From positions 13,838-77,837 of the forward strand of contig JANOAV010000091.1 of NCBI GenBank assembly GCA_031411295.1: a stretch of DNA of 64,000 nucleotides. The letters are read 5' to 3'. Of the stretch, positions 35,404 through 44,700 are shown piece after piece. The translations under genes were made by a program, and so were the position numbers. Position 1 is the stretch's first letter, and each line of letters starts with the position of its first letter. Origin of the DNA: Verrucomicrobiales bacterium (GTDB taxonomy: Bacteria; Verrucomicrobiota; Verrucomicrobiia; Verrucomicrobiales; V1-33). The notes below the pieces were generated by a model. That model did no database searches, had not been told where the DNA came from, and saw only the letters and a list, made by a program, of their open reading frames with translations.

Positions 35404-36006
35404 ATGAGCGAAATTCCAGCATCCCCTCCCCAGCCCGTCCTTGCGCCACCCGGAGCGGGACTGCCCTTGCCAGCTCGTTGGATCGTGCGACTGCTGGGGC
35501 GTCGCCTCTTGCGAGCCAAATACACGGTCGATGAGGCGTTGACAGATGTTGAGCGAACTGCGGCAGATCTGCTGCAACGAGCTTCCGTCCTGAGTGACAC
35601 GGAATTTAACACCCGAGTGTTGGTTCCCCGCCTCCGGGGCTTGGAAGACAGTTCGCGCTTTTGGTCGCCCGGAATGGTCTTGGAGCATTTATGCATCACC
35701 AGTTCAGCCATGATGAAGCTTGCCGTTGGATTATCCCATGGCCAGACGATTGATGACGTCGTCAGCACGGCATCCGTGAAACCAACTGGAAATCTGGGGA
35801 GAGCGGTCGTGGATGATTTCGAAGCCATTCACTTTGGCGTGGGAGATCGCGTGCGCACAGCCCTCGGCAAGGAAATGAACACACTAACGCATCGGCACCC
35901 GTGGTTCGGCCCCTTGACGGCAAGCGACTGGCTGCGCCTCCTGGCCGGGCATGCGAGGATCCATCAGCGGCAATTACACCACATTTTGCAGCATCGCCAG
36001 CCGTGA
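35404..36006 (+). CDS. DinB/YfiT-superfamily protein
   Basis: WSPGMVLEHL and HRHPWFGPLTASDWLRLLAGHARIHQRQL (His-triad pattern). Confidence 0.85.
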   Translation: MSEIPASPPQPVLAPPGAGLPLPARWIVRLLGRRLLRAKYTVDEALTDVERTAADLLQRASVLSDTEFNTRVLVPRLRGLEDSSRFWSPGMVLEHLCITSSAMMKLAVGLSHGQTIDDVVSTASVKPTGNLGRAVVDDFEAIHFGVGDRVRTALGKEMNTLTHRHPWFGPLTASDWLRLLAGHARIHQRQLHHILQHRQP

Positions 36007-36037
36007 TGCTGGCGGCATTGGAATGTCACGCTACGGG

Positions 36038-37447
36038 CTAGTATTCCCGATCTTTCTTAATACCGGGCTCCGGCACTGGATAGTAGCCGTTAGCGTCGGC
36101 CACTACGGGTGCGGGGCCATCTGGCGTCATTTTGTCAGCGTCTGGCGCATACTCGATAGGGCTGTTTTGATAGTCCGCCAGCTTGATTTCCTGACCGGTA
36201 TGAGCGGCCACGCGGCCCATGCTGGTAACCAGGCTTGCCATCACGCCACGTTCCACTTCATTGTGCTCTTTGTTCTTCACGATGGACTCAATGAGGTCGT
36301 CCCATTCCATTTGATAGGGGTTTGGCTCTTCGTCTTCCGTCCATTGCCAGATTCGGTCTTCCTTGCTGATCTTCTGGCCTTTAAAGGTCTGGCAACGACC
36401 TGGTGAGTGGCCTGCCATACTGATAACGGCCGAGCCTTTGGATCCGTGCGCGAAGCTGTGAAAATCTTGTTTGCACCCGGGCATGATACGGCTGTTCCAG
36501 AAAAGCACCGCTCCATCGGCAAAGGTATATTCGCAGGCATAGGTATCGAAATTCTGATCGACGTAATCTTTGCCGTCCGGAGATTTCCGGTAATGGCGCC
36601 CGCCGATGGCATTGACCTTCACTGGCCAGGCATCCTTCATCCAACAGCACTCGTCGATTTGGTGAATGTTAAAATCGCTGAACAAGCCACCGCTGGCCCA
36701 GATGAAACTATGGAAACGATCGATCTGATACATCAACTCAGGTTTGCCATCTGGTGGGTTCATTTCCTTGTTCTTCATGGAGAAAGCGGAAGCTACGGGC
36801 GGATGCATCCGATAAGCCCGCATCGCGTGGATCTCACCGATTTCACCGTCGCGAATCCGCTGGTGCAACGCCTGACGCACCCGGCAGTGGCGAATCATCA
36901 AGCCCACCCCGACCTTCAGATTCTTTTTCTTGGCTTCCTCATTGATCGCCAGCATTCGCTTGGAGGTTGGAGCATCCGCCGTGAGCGGCTTCTCCATGAA
37001 GCAATGCACGCCTTTCTCTACTGCATACTTAAAATGCACCCAGCGGAAGGCCAATGGCGTGGCGAAGATCGCCACATCACCAGCCTTGAGGCAATCGATG
37101 GCCTTCTTATAACCATCGAAACCAATGAACTGGCGTTCGTCTGGAACATCCACTTTGCCGGGCTCACTGGCGAATTGGTTTTTCAGCGCAGAGTGGCTGC
37201 CTTGGAGCTTCGCTGGAAATACATCAGCCATCGCTACTAACTTCGTCGGCACCAACTTGGTGCTGAGTGCATCCTTCGCTGCGCCTGATCCCCGGCCACC
37301 ACATCCAATCAGGGCGACGTTGATGGTGTTATTTTCCTGCGCGTGCACAAAAGGCACCGTCAATCCTGCGAAGGCGGAGGCGGTGGTGGTGCGGAGAAAA
37401 TGACGACGACTGGGGAGAGCAGTAATAATGGGATCGTGCGGCTGCAT
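36038..37447 (-). CDS. Tat-exported Gfo/Idh/MocA oxidoreductase
   Basis: SRRHFL Tat motif, ALIGCGGRGSGA, FMEKPL, WASGG..NIHQID. Confidence 0.92.
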   Translation of the reverse strand: MQPHDPIITALPSRRHFLRTTTASAFAGLTVPFVHAQENNTINVALIGCGGRGSGAAKDALSTKLVPTKLVAMADVFPAKLQGSHSALKNQFASEPGKVDVPDERQFIGFDGYKKAIDCLKAGDVAIFATPLAFRWVHFKYAVEKGVHCFMEKPLTADAPTSKRMLAINEEAKKKNLKVGVGLMIRHCRVRQALHQRIRDGEIGEIHAMRAYRMHPPVASAFSMKNKEMNPPDGKPELMYQIDRFHSFIWASGGLFSDFNIHQIDECCWMKDAWPVKVNAIGGRHYRKSPDGKDYVDQNFDTYACEYTFADGAVLFWNSRIMPGCKQDFHSFAHGSKGSAVISMAGHSPGRCQTFKGQKISKEDRIWQWTEDEEPNPYQMEWDDLIESIVKNKEHNEVERGVMASLVTSMGRVAAHTGQEIKLADYQNSPIEYAPDADKMTPDGPAPVVADANGYYPVPEPGIKKDREY

Positions 37448-37565
37448 GGGGATGGATTGGCTATAAGAGATAATTTAGTAACAACAGACCTGCAATATGG
37501 CCAGTCCGGGACCCGCGTCCACTCCGTGAATCGGTAGGTGGTGCAGAACTGCTGCGCGGAAAGCT

Positions 37566-40500
37566 TCACGGCTTGGTGACATCCACCCGATAAAATTTCC
37601 TCGGCCCTGCCGGATTCAGATCCGCGAGCACGAGCAATCCGCCAGTCCCCGCTGCATTCACCACCCCGGCATCGTCTTCGCTATTCCATTGCGTTAGGTT
37701 CGTGCTACTTTTGAGCGTGTAGGTTCTACCGCTTACCGTCGGGACGGTGAACTGGTATCCGCCACCACTCAGGTTCACCACGCTAACCACGGAAAATTTC
37801 GAGGTCGCGCTCAGCGGATTCGTGCCTGCGGTATCTTCATCGATGTTGCTGACACCGTCTCCATCGTAGTCGCCACTGGATGTGAGTCGATAAACCGACA
37901 GCTGTGGACTACTGGCGCTGAAGATGCCATCCAGGCTCCGGCTCTGCACCGAGATCTGCGCCAGCGACCCGTCCGGCGGTTGATAGCCAGTGGAGTCGAA
38001 GGTGGCTTGCAGCACTCCCGTGGCCGTAGTCCGCAGTTGCGTTGTGGGCACGATCAAGCCAATCGCAGTAGCGGTATATCCACCGATGCCCACTTCCGCA
38101 TCCGTTACTGCATTCCAATAAACCGTGAGGGTAGGTCCGATCCAATAGGGAAATGCCGTGGCGAGAAAGGGCGTTAGCGGGGCGGTCGGCGGGGCGGTGT
38201 CCGTGAGTTTCAAATACTGCGCTTCATAGGGAGCCGTGGCCCAGGCCGCATTGGTGGTTGGGACCTTGGGCATGAACGTCGTTAGCCCCGCATTCAGCAA
38301 ACTATCCCCAGTGACGATCGTAAAATTCGTATTCACCCGATTCGCATCCACTCCCGTATAAGACGCGATATTACGCAGCCGATAAGTCCTCCCACGCTTG
38401 ATGCCAAAATCATTCTGGCCGTCTGCATCGGTATCCACATTGAGGTTGAAGCCGTTGGAGCCACTCGCGGATTGATCATTATTTCGATCCAAGTTGACCA
38501 AGGCAAACACGGTATCGCTGAAGTTGGGCTTCCCATTGCGATTCTCGAATTTAGCTGTCGCAAAGATCCGCTGGTGAGGATTGCCATCCTTGAGATTGAG
38601 GAAGTAACGATTCGATGACCGCAGCGCAGCGCTGCTGGCGCGGGCTTTGCCGATGCCTGCCAGCACGGGGTAGAGTTGATCCAACCCATAATCCGCATTG
38701 GTCCAGAGCGGCATGTAGGAATTCCACGTTTTGAAATGGGGGATGAATTTCCCCAGGTTCTTCTCCCACAGATCCACCCCATACAGCGTGGACATCCCCA
38801 TTTCCTGACCAGCCAACACCATCGGCACTCCGTCCTGGCTACCGCAGACGGCATAGCGAATCGCTGGCTCCCAAGGATCGGCGTAATTGTCTTCATCGTG
38901 AGAGCAAGTATTCAGCAGCACCATCCCTTGACCGTAGGTGGACCGGCGGTCTTCGAAGAGCGTTCTGAAACTGGTCGTCATGCTATTGCTGCCAACGCTC
39001 AGCGATTTCATCCCAAAGAGAATGTTTTCATTCATGACATCGAAATGGCGACTGGACCGACGGCTCACCTCGCCTCCATCCAAACTTTCCGCCATGAAGA
39101 CAAATGCCCATTTCCGTGCGCGGGATTTATTGATGATGTATTCCCATGCTTGCGGCGGGAGCCCCTGGGCGAAGTCCGCCCGCAGGCCATCCAAGCCCTT
39201 CCAGACCTGATCCGCCGCCGAGGTGCCGACCGTGCATCCCGTCTGGTCCAACCAATAGAGACAATAGTCCGCAAAATACCGCCACACGTTCTGCGTAGTG
39301 GCATCGAAGTGACCATTGCCATCACCACTGAAACTCTCGTTTCCTACCGACGTGTCGAACCAGTCGCCCTCGTTGAGCTTGTTGCCATTGTCTGCCGGAT
39401 TCGTTAGCACCAGCGAGGCATAGCGGCCGAAATAGACTTCGTAGGCATCAAGGAACTTCGAGAAATCACCCCGGTCCGGTGCTGGCGCAATGTTTCCCGA
39501 TCCCGATGCCCGCAGGCCGTAATTTCCTGAGCGGGAAAAGAAGCGGGCTTCCCGATTGCGCATTTCATCCAGGGGCGATGCCGCAGCGGAAAAATAAGTC
39601 ACCCCCTTGGCCCCCAGTTCGCAATCCCAGGCGGTGTGATTGAAGGGCGCATCCAGCATGACATTCATGGTGTTCACTCCACCTGCATCCGCCGCCGCCA
39701 TGAAGTCCTTGAACTCCTGCAGGGCCGTTGCCCGGGTATTGGCTTTGCTCAGGCGGGGTTCCACCTCGAAGAAATTTTTCACTGCATATGGACTGCCTAA
39801 TGCATAAGGGAAATTCACATCATCATACGGTGCCCCATTGTTCCAGAGCTTGGTCGTCACTCCGGCTCCTGGTTGCCGGGTATTGATATCGGCCGCACTG
39901 AGGTGCCGACCCGCCACTCCCAGCGGATGGATCGGCTGGAACCAGAGCCAATTCACGCCCAAGCCCTTGGCGTAATTGAGATTCCACCGGGGAGTGCGGG
40001 TGGCCCCAGGTCCGTCCCACAGATCCACGAACGTGCTCCGCTGGGCCTCCGTGGCTCCTTCGGCCTCCATGTTCAACGCATTGAGTTCGTAAATCGACAT
40101 CGCGCGGGAAATTTTCGGGGACACCACGATGGCATAATCCCGCTTCTGATAGCCGCCGCTGCTTTCCGCGCTATACCATCGCCACGTGCCGGCCACATCT
40201 GCCGTGAGTCGCCAGCGCACCGTGAGCCGATAGACCCCGGTCTTGCTGGCACTGAGCGTCGTTTGATAGCCTCCGCTAACCGAAGCCATCCCGTAAGGTT
40301 TGAAATAGTGGGCATCGCTTCCGCTGGGAATGTTGTTTCCATTCGGCAGCTTAATCCCGTCCTCCACCCCATCCGCATCCACATCGACTCCCGCCCGCTC
40401 CCGCCGATTCAGATTCGTGAAGACCTCACATTTATCCACCCCCAACGTCTGTGGGTCAAAGAAGACGGTAATCGGCACCGCATCGCCCGCCAGCTCATCC

Positions 40501-40649
40501 ACATACACATGCGTCGCCCCATAATTCCCATCTTCCTCGCTGCCGGTGAGGCGCGTGCTGGAGTTTGGGGAAATCTTCAAATTGGACGCTGTGGCCGTGG
40601 CCAGCAGCACCCAAGACACAAGTGGAATGAAACAACGCGGGGGGGACAT
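37566..40649 (-). CDS. Secreted GH13 (alpha-amylase clan) glycoside hydrolase with Fn3-like, DxDGDG and C-terminal beta-sandwich domains
   Basis: GVNWLWFQPIHP, GSPYAVKNF, VMLDAPFNHT, DGLRADFAQG (nucleophile Asp), FMAESLD (acid/base Glu), CSHDE (second Asp). C-terminal DYDGDGVSNIDEDTAGTNP...GRTYTLKSSTNLTQW...RKFYRV. Start uncertain. Confidence 0.85.
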   Translation of the reverse strand: MSPPRCFIPLVSWVLLATATASNLKISPNSSTRLTGSEEDGNYGATHVYVDELAGDAVPITVFFDPQTLGVDKCEVFTNLNRRERAGVDVDADGVEDGIKLPNGNNIPSGSDAHYFKPYGMASVSGGYQTTLSASKTGVYRLTVRWRLTADVAGTWRWYSAESSGGYQKRDYAIVVSPKISRAMSIYELNALNMEAEGATEAQRSTFVDLWDGPGATRTPRWNLNYAKGLGVNWLWFQPIHPLGVAGRHLSAADINTRQPGAGVTTKLWNNGAPYDDVNFPYALGSPYAVKNFFEVEPRLSKANTRATALQEFKDFMAAADAGGVNTMNVMLDAPFNHTAWDCELGAKGVTYFSAAASPLDEMRNREARFFSRSGNYGLRASGSGNIAPAPDRGDFSKFLDAYEVYFGRYASLVLTNPADNGNKLNEGDWFDTSVGNESFSGDGNGHFDATTQNVWRYFADYCLYWLDQTGCTVGTSAADQVWKGLDGLRADFAQGLPPQAWEYIINKSRARKWAFVFMAESLDGGEVSRRSSRHFDVMNENILFGMKSLSVGSNSMTTSFRTLFEDRRSTYGQGMVLLNTCSHDEDNYADPWEPAIRYAVCGSQDGVPMVLAGQEMGMSTLYGVDLWEKNLGKFIPHFKTWNSYMPLWTNADYGLDQLYPVLAGIGKARASSAALRSSNRYFLNLKDGNPHQRIFATAKFENRNGKPNFSDTVFALVNLDRNNDQSASGSNGFNLNVDTDADGQNDFGIKRGRTYRLRNIASYTGVDANRVNTNFTIVTGDSLLNAGLTTFMPKVPTTNAAWATAPYEAQYLKLTDTAPPTAPLTPFLATAFPYWIGPTLTVYWNAVTDAEVGIGGYTATAIGLIVPTTQLRTTATGVLQATFDSTGYQPPDGSLAQISVQSRSLDGIFSASSPQLSVYRLTSSGDYDGDGVSNIDEDTAGTNPLSATSKFSVVSVVNLSGGGYQFTVPTVSGRTYTLKSSTNLTQWNSEDDAGVVNAAGTGGLLVLADLNPAGPRKFYRVDVTKP

Positions 40650-40715
40650 GAGCAGGGAGGGATTAGTCTGCCCATCTGTATCAGATTGCTCACGCCCCCA
40701 CAAGCTTAATACGAT

Positions 40716-41576
40716 TCATCTAGTCCTGTGTTGAAATTTCACGCTGCCCCAAGCAAGTCCTGCGAGCACAAGCCCCCAAATTCCAAGCCAGAGAATCCAC
40801 CCCAGAACCTGACCGCCTGCTGATTCTTTTGGTAACAGAGGATTCCTTTGCGGAACTTCGCCAGTGGCCCGCATGGCCTCGGGATCTAACTTATAGGCAG
40901 CAAGTTGCTTCTCAACAAATTGATAAAAGTATAAGCTCACCGCGTCCCTCTCGACTCTGCCTTGTGCCGTCAGTGAACCAACAGTGTGGGCATGTTGCTG
41001 GACCCATTGATCTAGCAGTCCAACCACCGAGGTATCTCCTAATTGGAAAATTCTCCGCAACGCCGTTGACTCTTCCGAGGAAAGCATTTGTATGAGTGTA
41101 GGAATCTCTGCCTTAGTGGCGAACTTGGTATAACACTCCACAGCAAACCCTTGCTCAAGTTTATCCTGATCACGCAGTTGGTTCCAGTAATCGAGAAATA
41201 TCTCCCTAGCTACTTGGTGGTGCTCCGGCATTGACTCGAAGGCCAGCCTAATAAACAGCACCGTCTTACGACTATCAGAACCATCCTTAGCAAACGAGGC
41301 AAGCAGTTTACGATATGCAGGAAAGGCCGCCGAGCCCAAAGCTACTAGTTTCTTGGTTGGCCCCTCTGCCCAGCGTCTAGCCTCCTGAGACACCCATTCC
41401 CTGTAGGCTGCATGATTTTTAAGATTCATGGGAACATCAGATGGCTCCCTAGTAAATCCGAACTCGGGGATTATAGACAAGACAGTGTTCGTATCGGTTT
41501 CTTTAGTAGGCGAGAAATCCTGTGACGCCAGCGTCATTGGCATACCAAACACAAGAAAAAAACAGAGCAAGTTCAT
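40716..41576 (-). CDS. Exported helical-repeat protein with C-terminal TM anchor (paralogue 2)
   Basis: Signal peptide from MNLLCFF; shares GSAAFPAYRKLLA, AFE.MPEH, KFATK..IP, RRI.QLGD with the adjacent gene; C-terminal hydrophobic helix. Confidence 0.75.
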   Translation of the reverse strand: MNLLCFFLVFGMPMTLASQDFSPTKETDTNTVLSIIPEFGFTREPSDVPMNLKNHAAYREWVSQEARRWAEGPTKKLVALGSAAFPAYRKLLASFAKDGSDSRKTVLFIRLAFESMPEHHQVAREIFLDYWNQLRDQDKLEQGFAVECYTKFATKAEIPTLIQMLSSEESTALRRIFQLGDTSVVGLLDQWVQQHAHTVGSLTAQGRVERDAVSLYFYQFVEKQLAAYKLDPEAMRATGEVPQRNPLLPKESAGGQVLGWILWLGIWGLVLAGLAWGSVKFQHRTR

Positions 41577-41611
41577 CACCTTAGGGGGATTTACCACGTT
41601 GGACACCTCAG

Positions 41612-42649
41612 TCAATCCGTTTTGTCATCTGCATCGTGTCCCCGCCGGACGATCCTTAACCAGACGCCCCCCGCGGCTAGGAGCACTATCAGGACGACCA
41701 TGCCGCACCACCAATAACGCATTTCACCACCAAGGATTCGGGATAACCAGCCACCCGTGGACGCCGACAGTGTCACGGGTATTTCAGCGTTGCTCCCGAG
41801 TGCAGCACGTGCAAGGTGACCAGTAATTTCCTTTTCCACAAATTGCAGATAGCGCAATGAGAGGGAGCTGGCAGAGAGCGCTCCACTCCGTTTGATCCGC
41901 TCCAGCTCAGTTGTGCGGTTTTGTTCCAACCAATTTTCAAGTTGTGCCACGTGAGAATCGTCCCCCAGTTGTAAAATCCGTCGAACTACCTCCACCTCCT
42001 GGGTGTCAAGCAATTGCATCAGTCGGGGAATATCTAATTTGGTCGCAAATTTGCAAAAATAATTGAGGGCGGCTACTTGGTCATTTTTTTCACGACCTTT
42101 GATACTGCTCAAGTATTCAAAAAGCATATTTTTTCCGTCCTCCTGATGTTCGGGCATCAGTTCAAAGGCTCGCCCGATAAAGTCCACCTCTTTGTAGTGC
42201 GGGAAAGCATCTGTCGCGAAGGTAGCTAGAAGTTTGCGATACGCCGGAAAAGCAGCACTGCCCATCTCTGCAAGCCTCTTGGTCGGGCTTTCGAAGTATT
42301 TAATGGATGCAGCTTCCCATTTCTTTCGGTAGCCGATTTCAGCTAGCGAACCAGGCTCTGGACGTCCCATATCATCGTTCACAAAGTCAAACCTTGGAAT
42401 TATTGTCATAATTTCCTCGCTCGTCACTTCGTTCGCGGCTTTGAAGTCTGAATGCCCGTGTTTTCCGTTCAGTTCTTTTTCAGGCAACCGCAACCTCGCA
42501 ACATCATAATGGTCATTGTTTATTGCTTCCCGTGCCTCTGGCGAAACCTGCACATCGGCACCTATCAGTGTATGTTTCGCCATGTTACAGGCCGCTATAC
42601 AAAGGCACAGCAGAAAGCGCCAAAAAGATATTTTTGAACATTTGTTCAT
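41612..42649 (-). CDS. Exported helical-repeat protein with C-terminal TM anchor (paralogue 1)
   Basis: Start MNKCSK with a hydrophobic N-terminus; same shared motifs; C-terminal TM followed by RIVRR. Confidence 0.75.
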   Translation of the reverse strand: MNKCSKISFWRFLLCLCIAACNMAKHTLIGADVQVSPEAREAINNDHYDVARLRLPEKELNGKHGHSDFKAANEVTSEEIMTIIPRFDFVNDDMGRPEPGSLAEIGYRKKWEAASIKYFESPTKRLAEMGSAAFPAYRKLLATFATDAFPHYKEVDFIGRAFELMPEHQEDGKNMLFEYLSSIKGREKNDQVAALNYFCKFATKLDIPRLMQLLDTQEVEVVRRILQLGDDSHVAQLENWLEQNRTTELERIKRSGALSASSLSLRYLQFVEKEITGHLARAALGSNAEIPVTLSASTGGWLSRILGGEMRYWWCGMVVLIVLLAAGGVWLRIVRRGHDADDKTD

Positions 42650-42666
42650 GGCCCGTCGAGGCGGCC

Positions 42667-43374
42667 TCACGAGTCGCCCAGATACACCAACCGACCACAA
42701 TTGGAGCAATTCGTCAGCACTTTATCCGCCTTGACTCCCATCATCACAGCGGGGGCAACTTTCATGTTACAGCCACGGCAGACATTGCCAGCGATGGCGA
42801 CGACAGCGGAATCGCCCCGACTCTTCCAGATGCGACCATACATTTCCAATAAATCTTCATCCACCTTGACCGCCAGGGTGTCTCGTGCCGCCTGCACTTC
42901 TTTGATTTGGGTGTCTAGATTCTTGATGCGCTCCGCAATCACAGCCAATTCCCCATCGACATGCTTTTGGCTGGCGGCCAAGCCTTCCTGCGCATTGGCC
43001 AAGGCTGCTTTCAGCACCTCAGCTTTTTCCATCAACTCCATTTCCTGATCTTCCAAGCCGGAAATTTCGTTGGTGTAGCGCACCACTTCGTTGCCGATGG
43101 CAGCGTATTCATCATTCTTCCGCGTCTCGAACTGCTGCACCTTGAGCCGACTAATGGTTTGCTTCCGGGTGTCGATCACCAGTTCCAGATTCTTCATTGC
43201 CACCTCGTTCTCCTGCATCGAGTGCTTGGCCGTCTTCACCGCTTCGGTATCGCTGGCCAGCTTCTGCTTGGCGCGTTCCTCCTCTTGGGGCAGGCGCTTC
43301 AGCTCGGTTTGCAGCCGCTTCAGCGTTTGGTCTTTGTCTTGGAGGATGAGCAATTGGGTGATTTCTGGGAGCAT
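42667..43374 (-). CDS. Coiled-coil C4 zinc-ribbon protein (DUF164/CT398-like)
   Basis: Long coiled coil followed by CRGCNMKV...CSNCGRLVY. Confidence 0.9.
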   Translation of the reverse strand: MLPEITQLLILQDKDQTLKRLQTELKRLPQEEERAKQKLASDTEAVKTAKHSMQENEVAMKNLELVIDTRKQTISRLKVQQFETRKNDEYAAIGNEVVRYTNEISGLEDQEMELMEKAEVLKAALANAQEGLAASQKHVDGELAVIAERIKNLDTQIKEVQAARDTLAVKVDEDLLEMYGRIWKSRGDSAVVAIAGNVCRGCNMKVAPAVMMGVKADKVLTNCSNCGRLVYLGDS

Positions 43375-43432
43375 GGATCGGAGGATGGGGTAAATTTAAC
43401 AACTAAGCCATAGCAGAGCAGACGGGGTAAAC

Positions 43433-44542
43433 TCAATAGATTTCCACCGGGGATCGTTTTCCGTCTTCCACGCTCAGATTGGCGGCAGCCTCCTCGCCCA
43501 GCACATCGACCCGCAATTGCTGGATGTCCTCGTTGATCCGCTTGAATTCATCCATGCTCCAGGTCTTGGGGGCGGAGAGTTTCTTCTTGGTGCGTTCCAT
43601 GCGCTCCAAGGCCATGTTTAAATTCAGTTCTGGCACGCCCTTCAGATGCTGGAAGGCTTGCTCCACCATCTCCACGCGGTGACAGATCATCACCATGTCA
43701 TTGCCTGCGAGCACCGCATCCTGAATCGCCTGCTCAAACGTGACTTCATTTAAAATGGCCCCCATATCCAAGTCGTCGGTCATCACCAACCCCTGATCGA
43801 AGCCCAGCTGATCTCGCAGGAACTTCGTGATGATGTTGTGGGATAAACTGGACGGCCAACGGGGACGGTCTGGCTCAAAGTCCGGGAAATAGGCGTGACC
43901 GATCATCAGACTATCCAATTCCGGCAAGAGCGCAGTGTAAGGCAGAATCTCTTCCGACAGCAGTTCCTCCTTGGTCCGACGGATCACCGGCAGTTCTTCA
44001 TGCGGGTCCACATCCGCACTGCCATAGGTAGGAAAATGCTTGCCGCAGCTCAGGATGCCACCAGCGCGCATGGCGCGGTTGAACACTCCGGCCTTGTTAA
44101 TGACCTCCTGCGGATCCCGACCGTAGCAGCGGCCTTTCAATGAGTTGTCTGCTTGATCGTCATGAGAAATATCCAGCACCGGACACAGGTTGAGATTGAA
44201 TCCGAAGAGTCGTAAGATTTCAGCCGTCAGGCGGCCATGTTGTTTGATCAGGGCAGGATCATTCTTATCCCGCAGCGCCACGGCATTCGGCGGCTCAGCC
44301 CCGATCAACCGAAGCCGGGAAACGCGCCCGCCCTCTTGGTCGATCGTGATGATGGGTTCCACCTCGCTCAAGTCGCGCAGGTCGTCGATCAGTTTGCGCA
44401 ACTGCTCGGGCGATTTGATATTCCGACCGAAGAGAATAAATCCTCCCGGCTGCAACGCCTTAAAGCGACGCGCGGTATCAGCATCCAACTCCGGGCCGGG
44501 AACCCCGGTAAGCAATAATTGACCAAGAAATTTTTCGTCCAT
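43433..44542 (-). CDS. nagZ: Beta-N-acetylhexosaminidase, GH3
   Basis: GGFILFGRNI, IDQEGGRVSRL, CPVLD, CGKHFPTYGSADVDPHEELP, MTDDLDMGAI. Confidence 0.9.
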   Translation of the reverse strand: MDEKFLGQLLLTGVPGPELDADTARRFKALQPGGFILFGRNIKSPEQLRKLIDDLRDLSEVEPIITIDQEGGRVSRLRLIGAEPPNAVALRDKNDPALIKQHGRLTAEILRLFGFNLNLCPVLDISHDDQADNSLKGRCYGRDPQEVINKAGVFNRAMRAGGILSCGKHFPTYGSADVDPHEELPVIRRTKEELLSEEILPYTALLPELDSLMIGHAYFPDFEPDRPRWPSSLSHNIITKFLRDQLGFDQGLVMTDDLDMGAILNEVTFEQAIQDAVLAGNDMVMICHRVEMVEQAFQHLKGVPELNLNMALERMERTKKKLSAPKTWSMDEFKRINEDIQQLRVDVLGEEAAANLSVEDGKRSPVEIY

Positions 44543-44700
44543 CCCGCTTTAAAGCAAAGACTGGCTCGTTTTGCAACTAGCGAAGTCGTGCGGCGGGAAA
44601 TTTCGGCTCACTCGACCACCCCTCCCCACCTGCGTGGCAAAAGCCTCTTGGCAGCAGCTGGCAGAGCCGGTTAGCATGTGCTGACTCCATCCCCACCATC

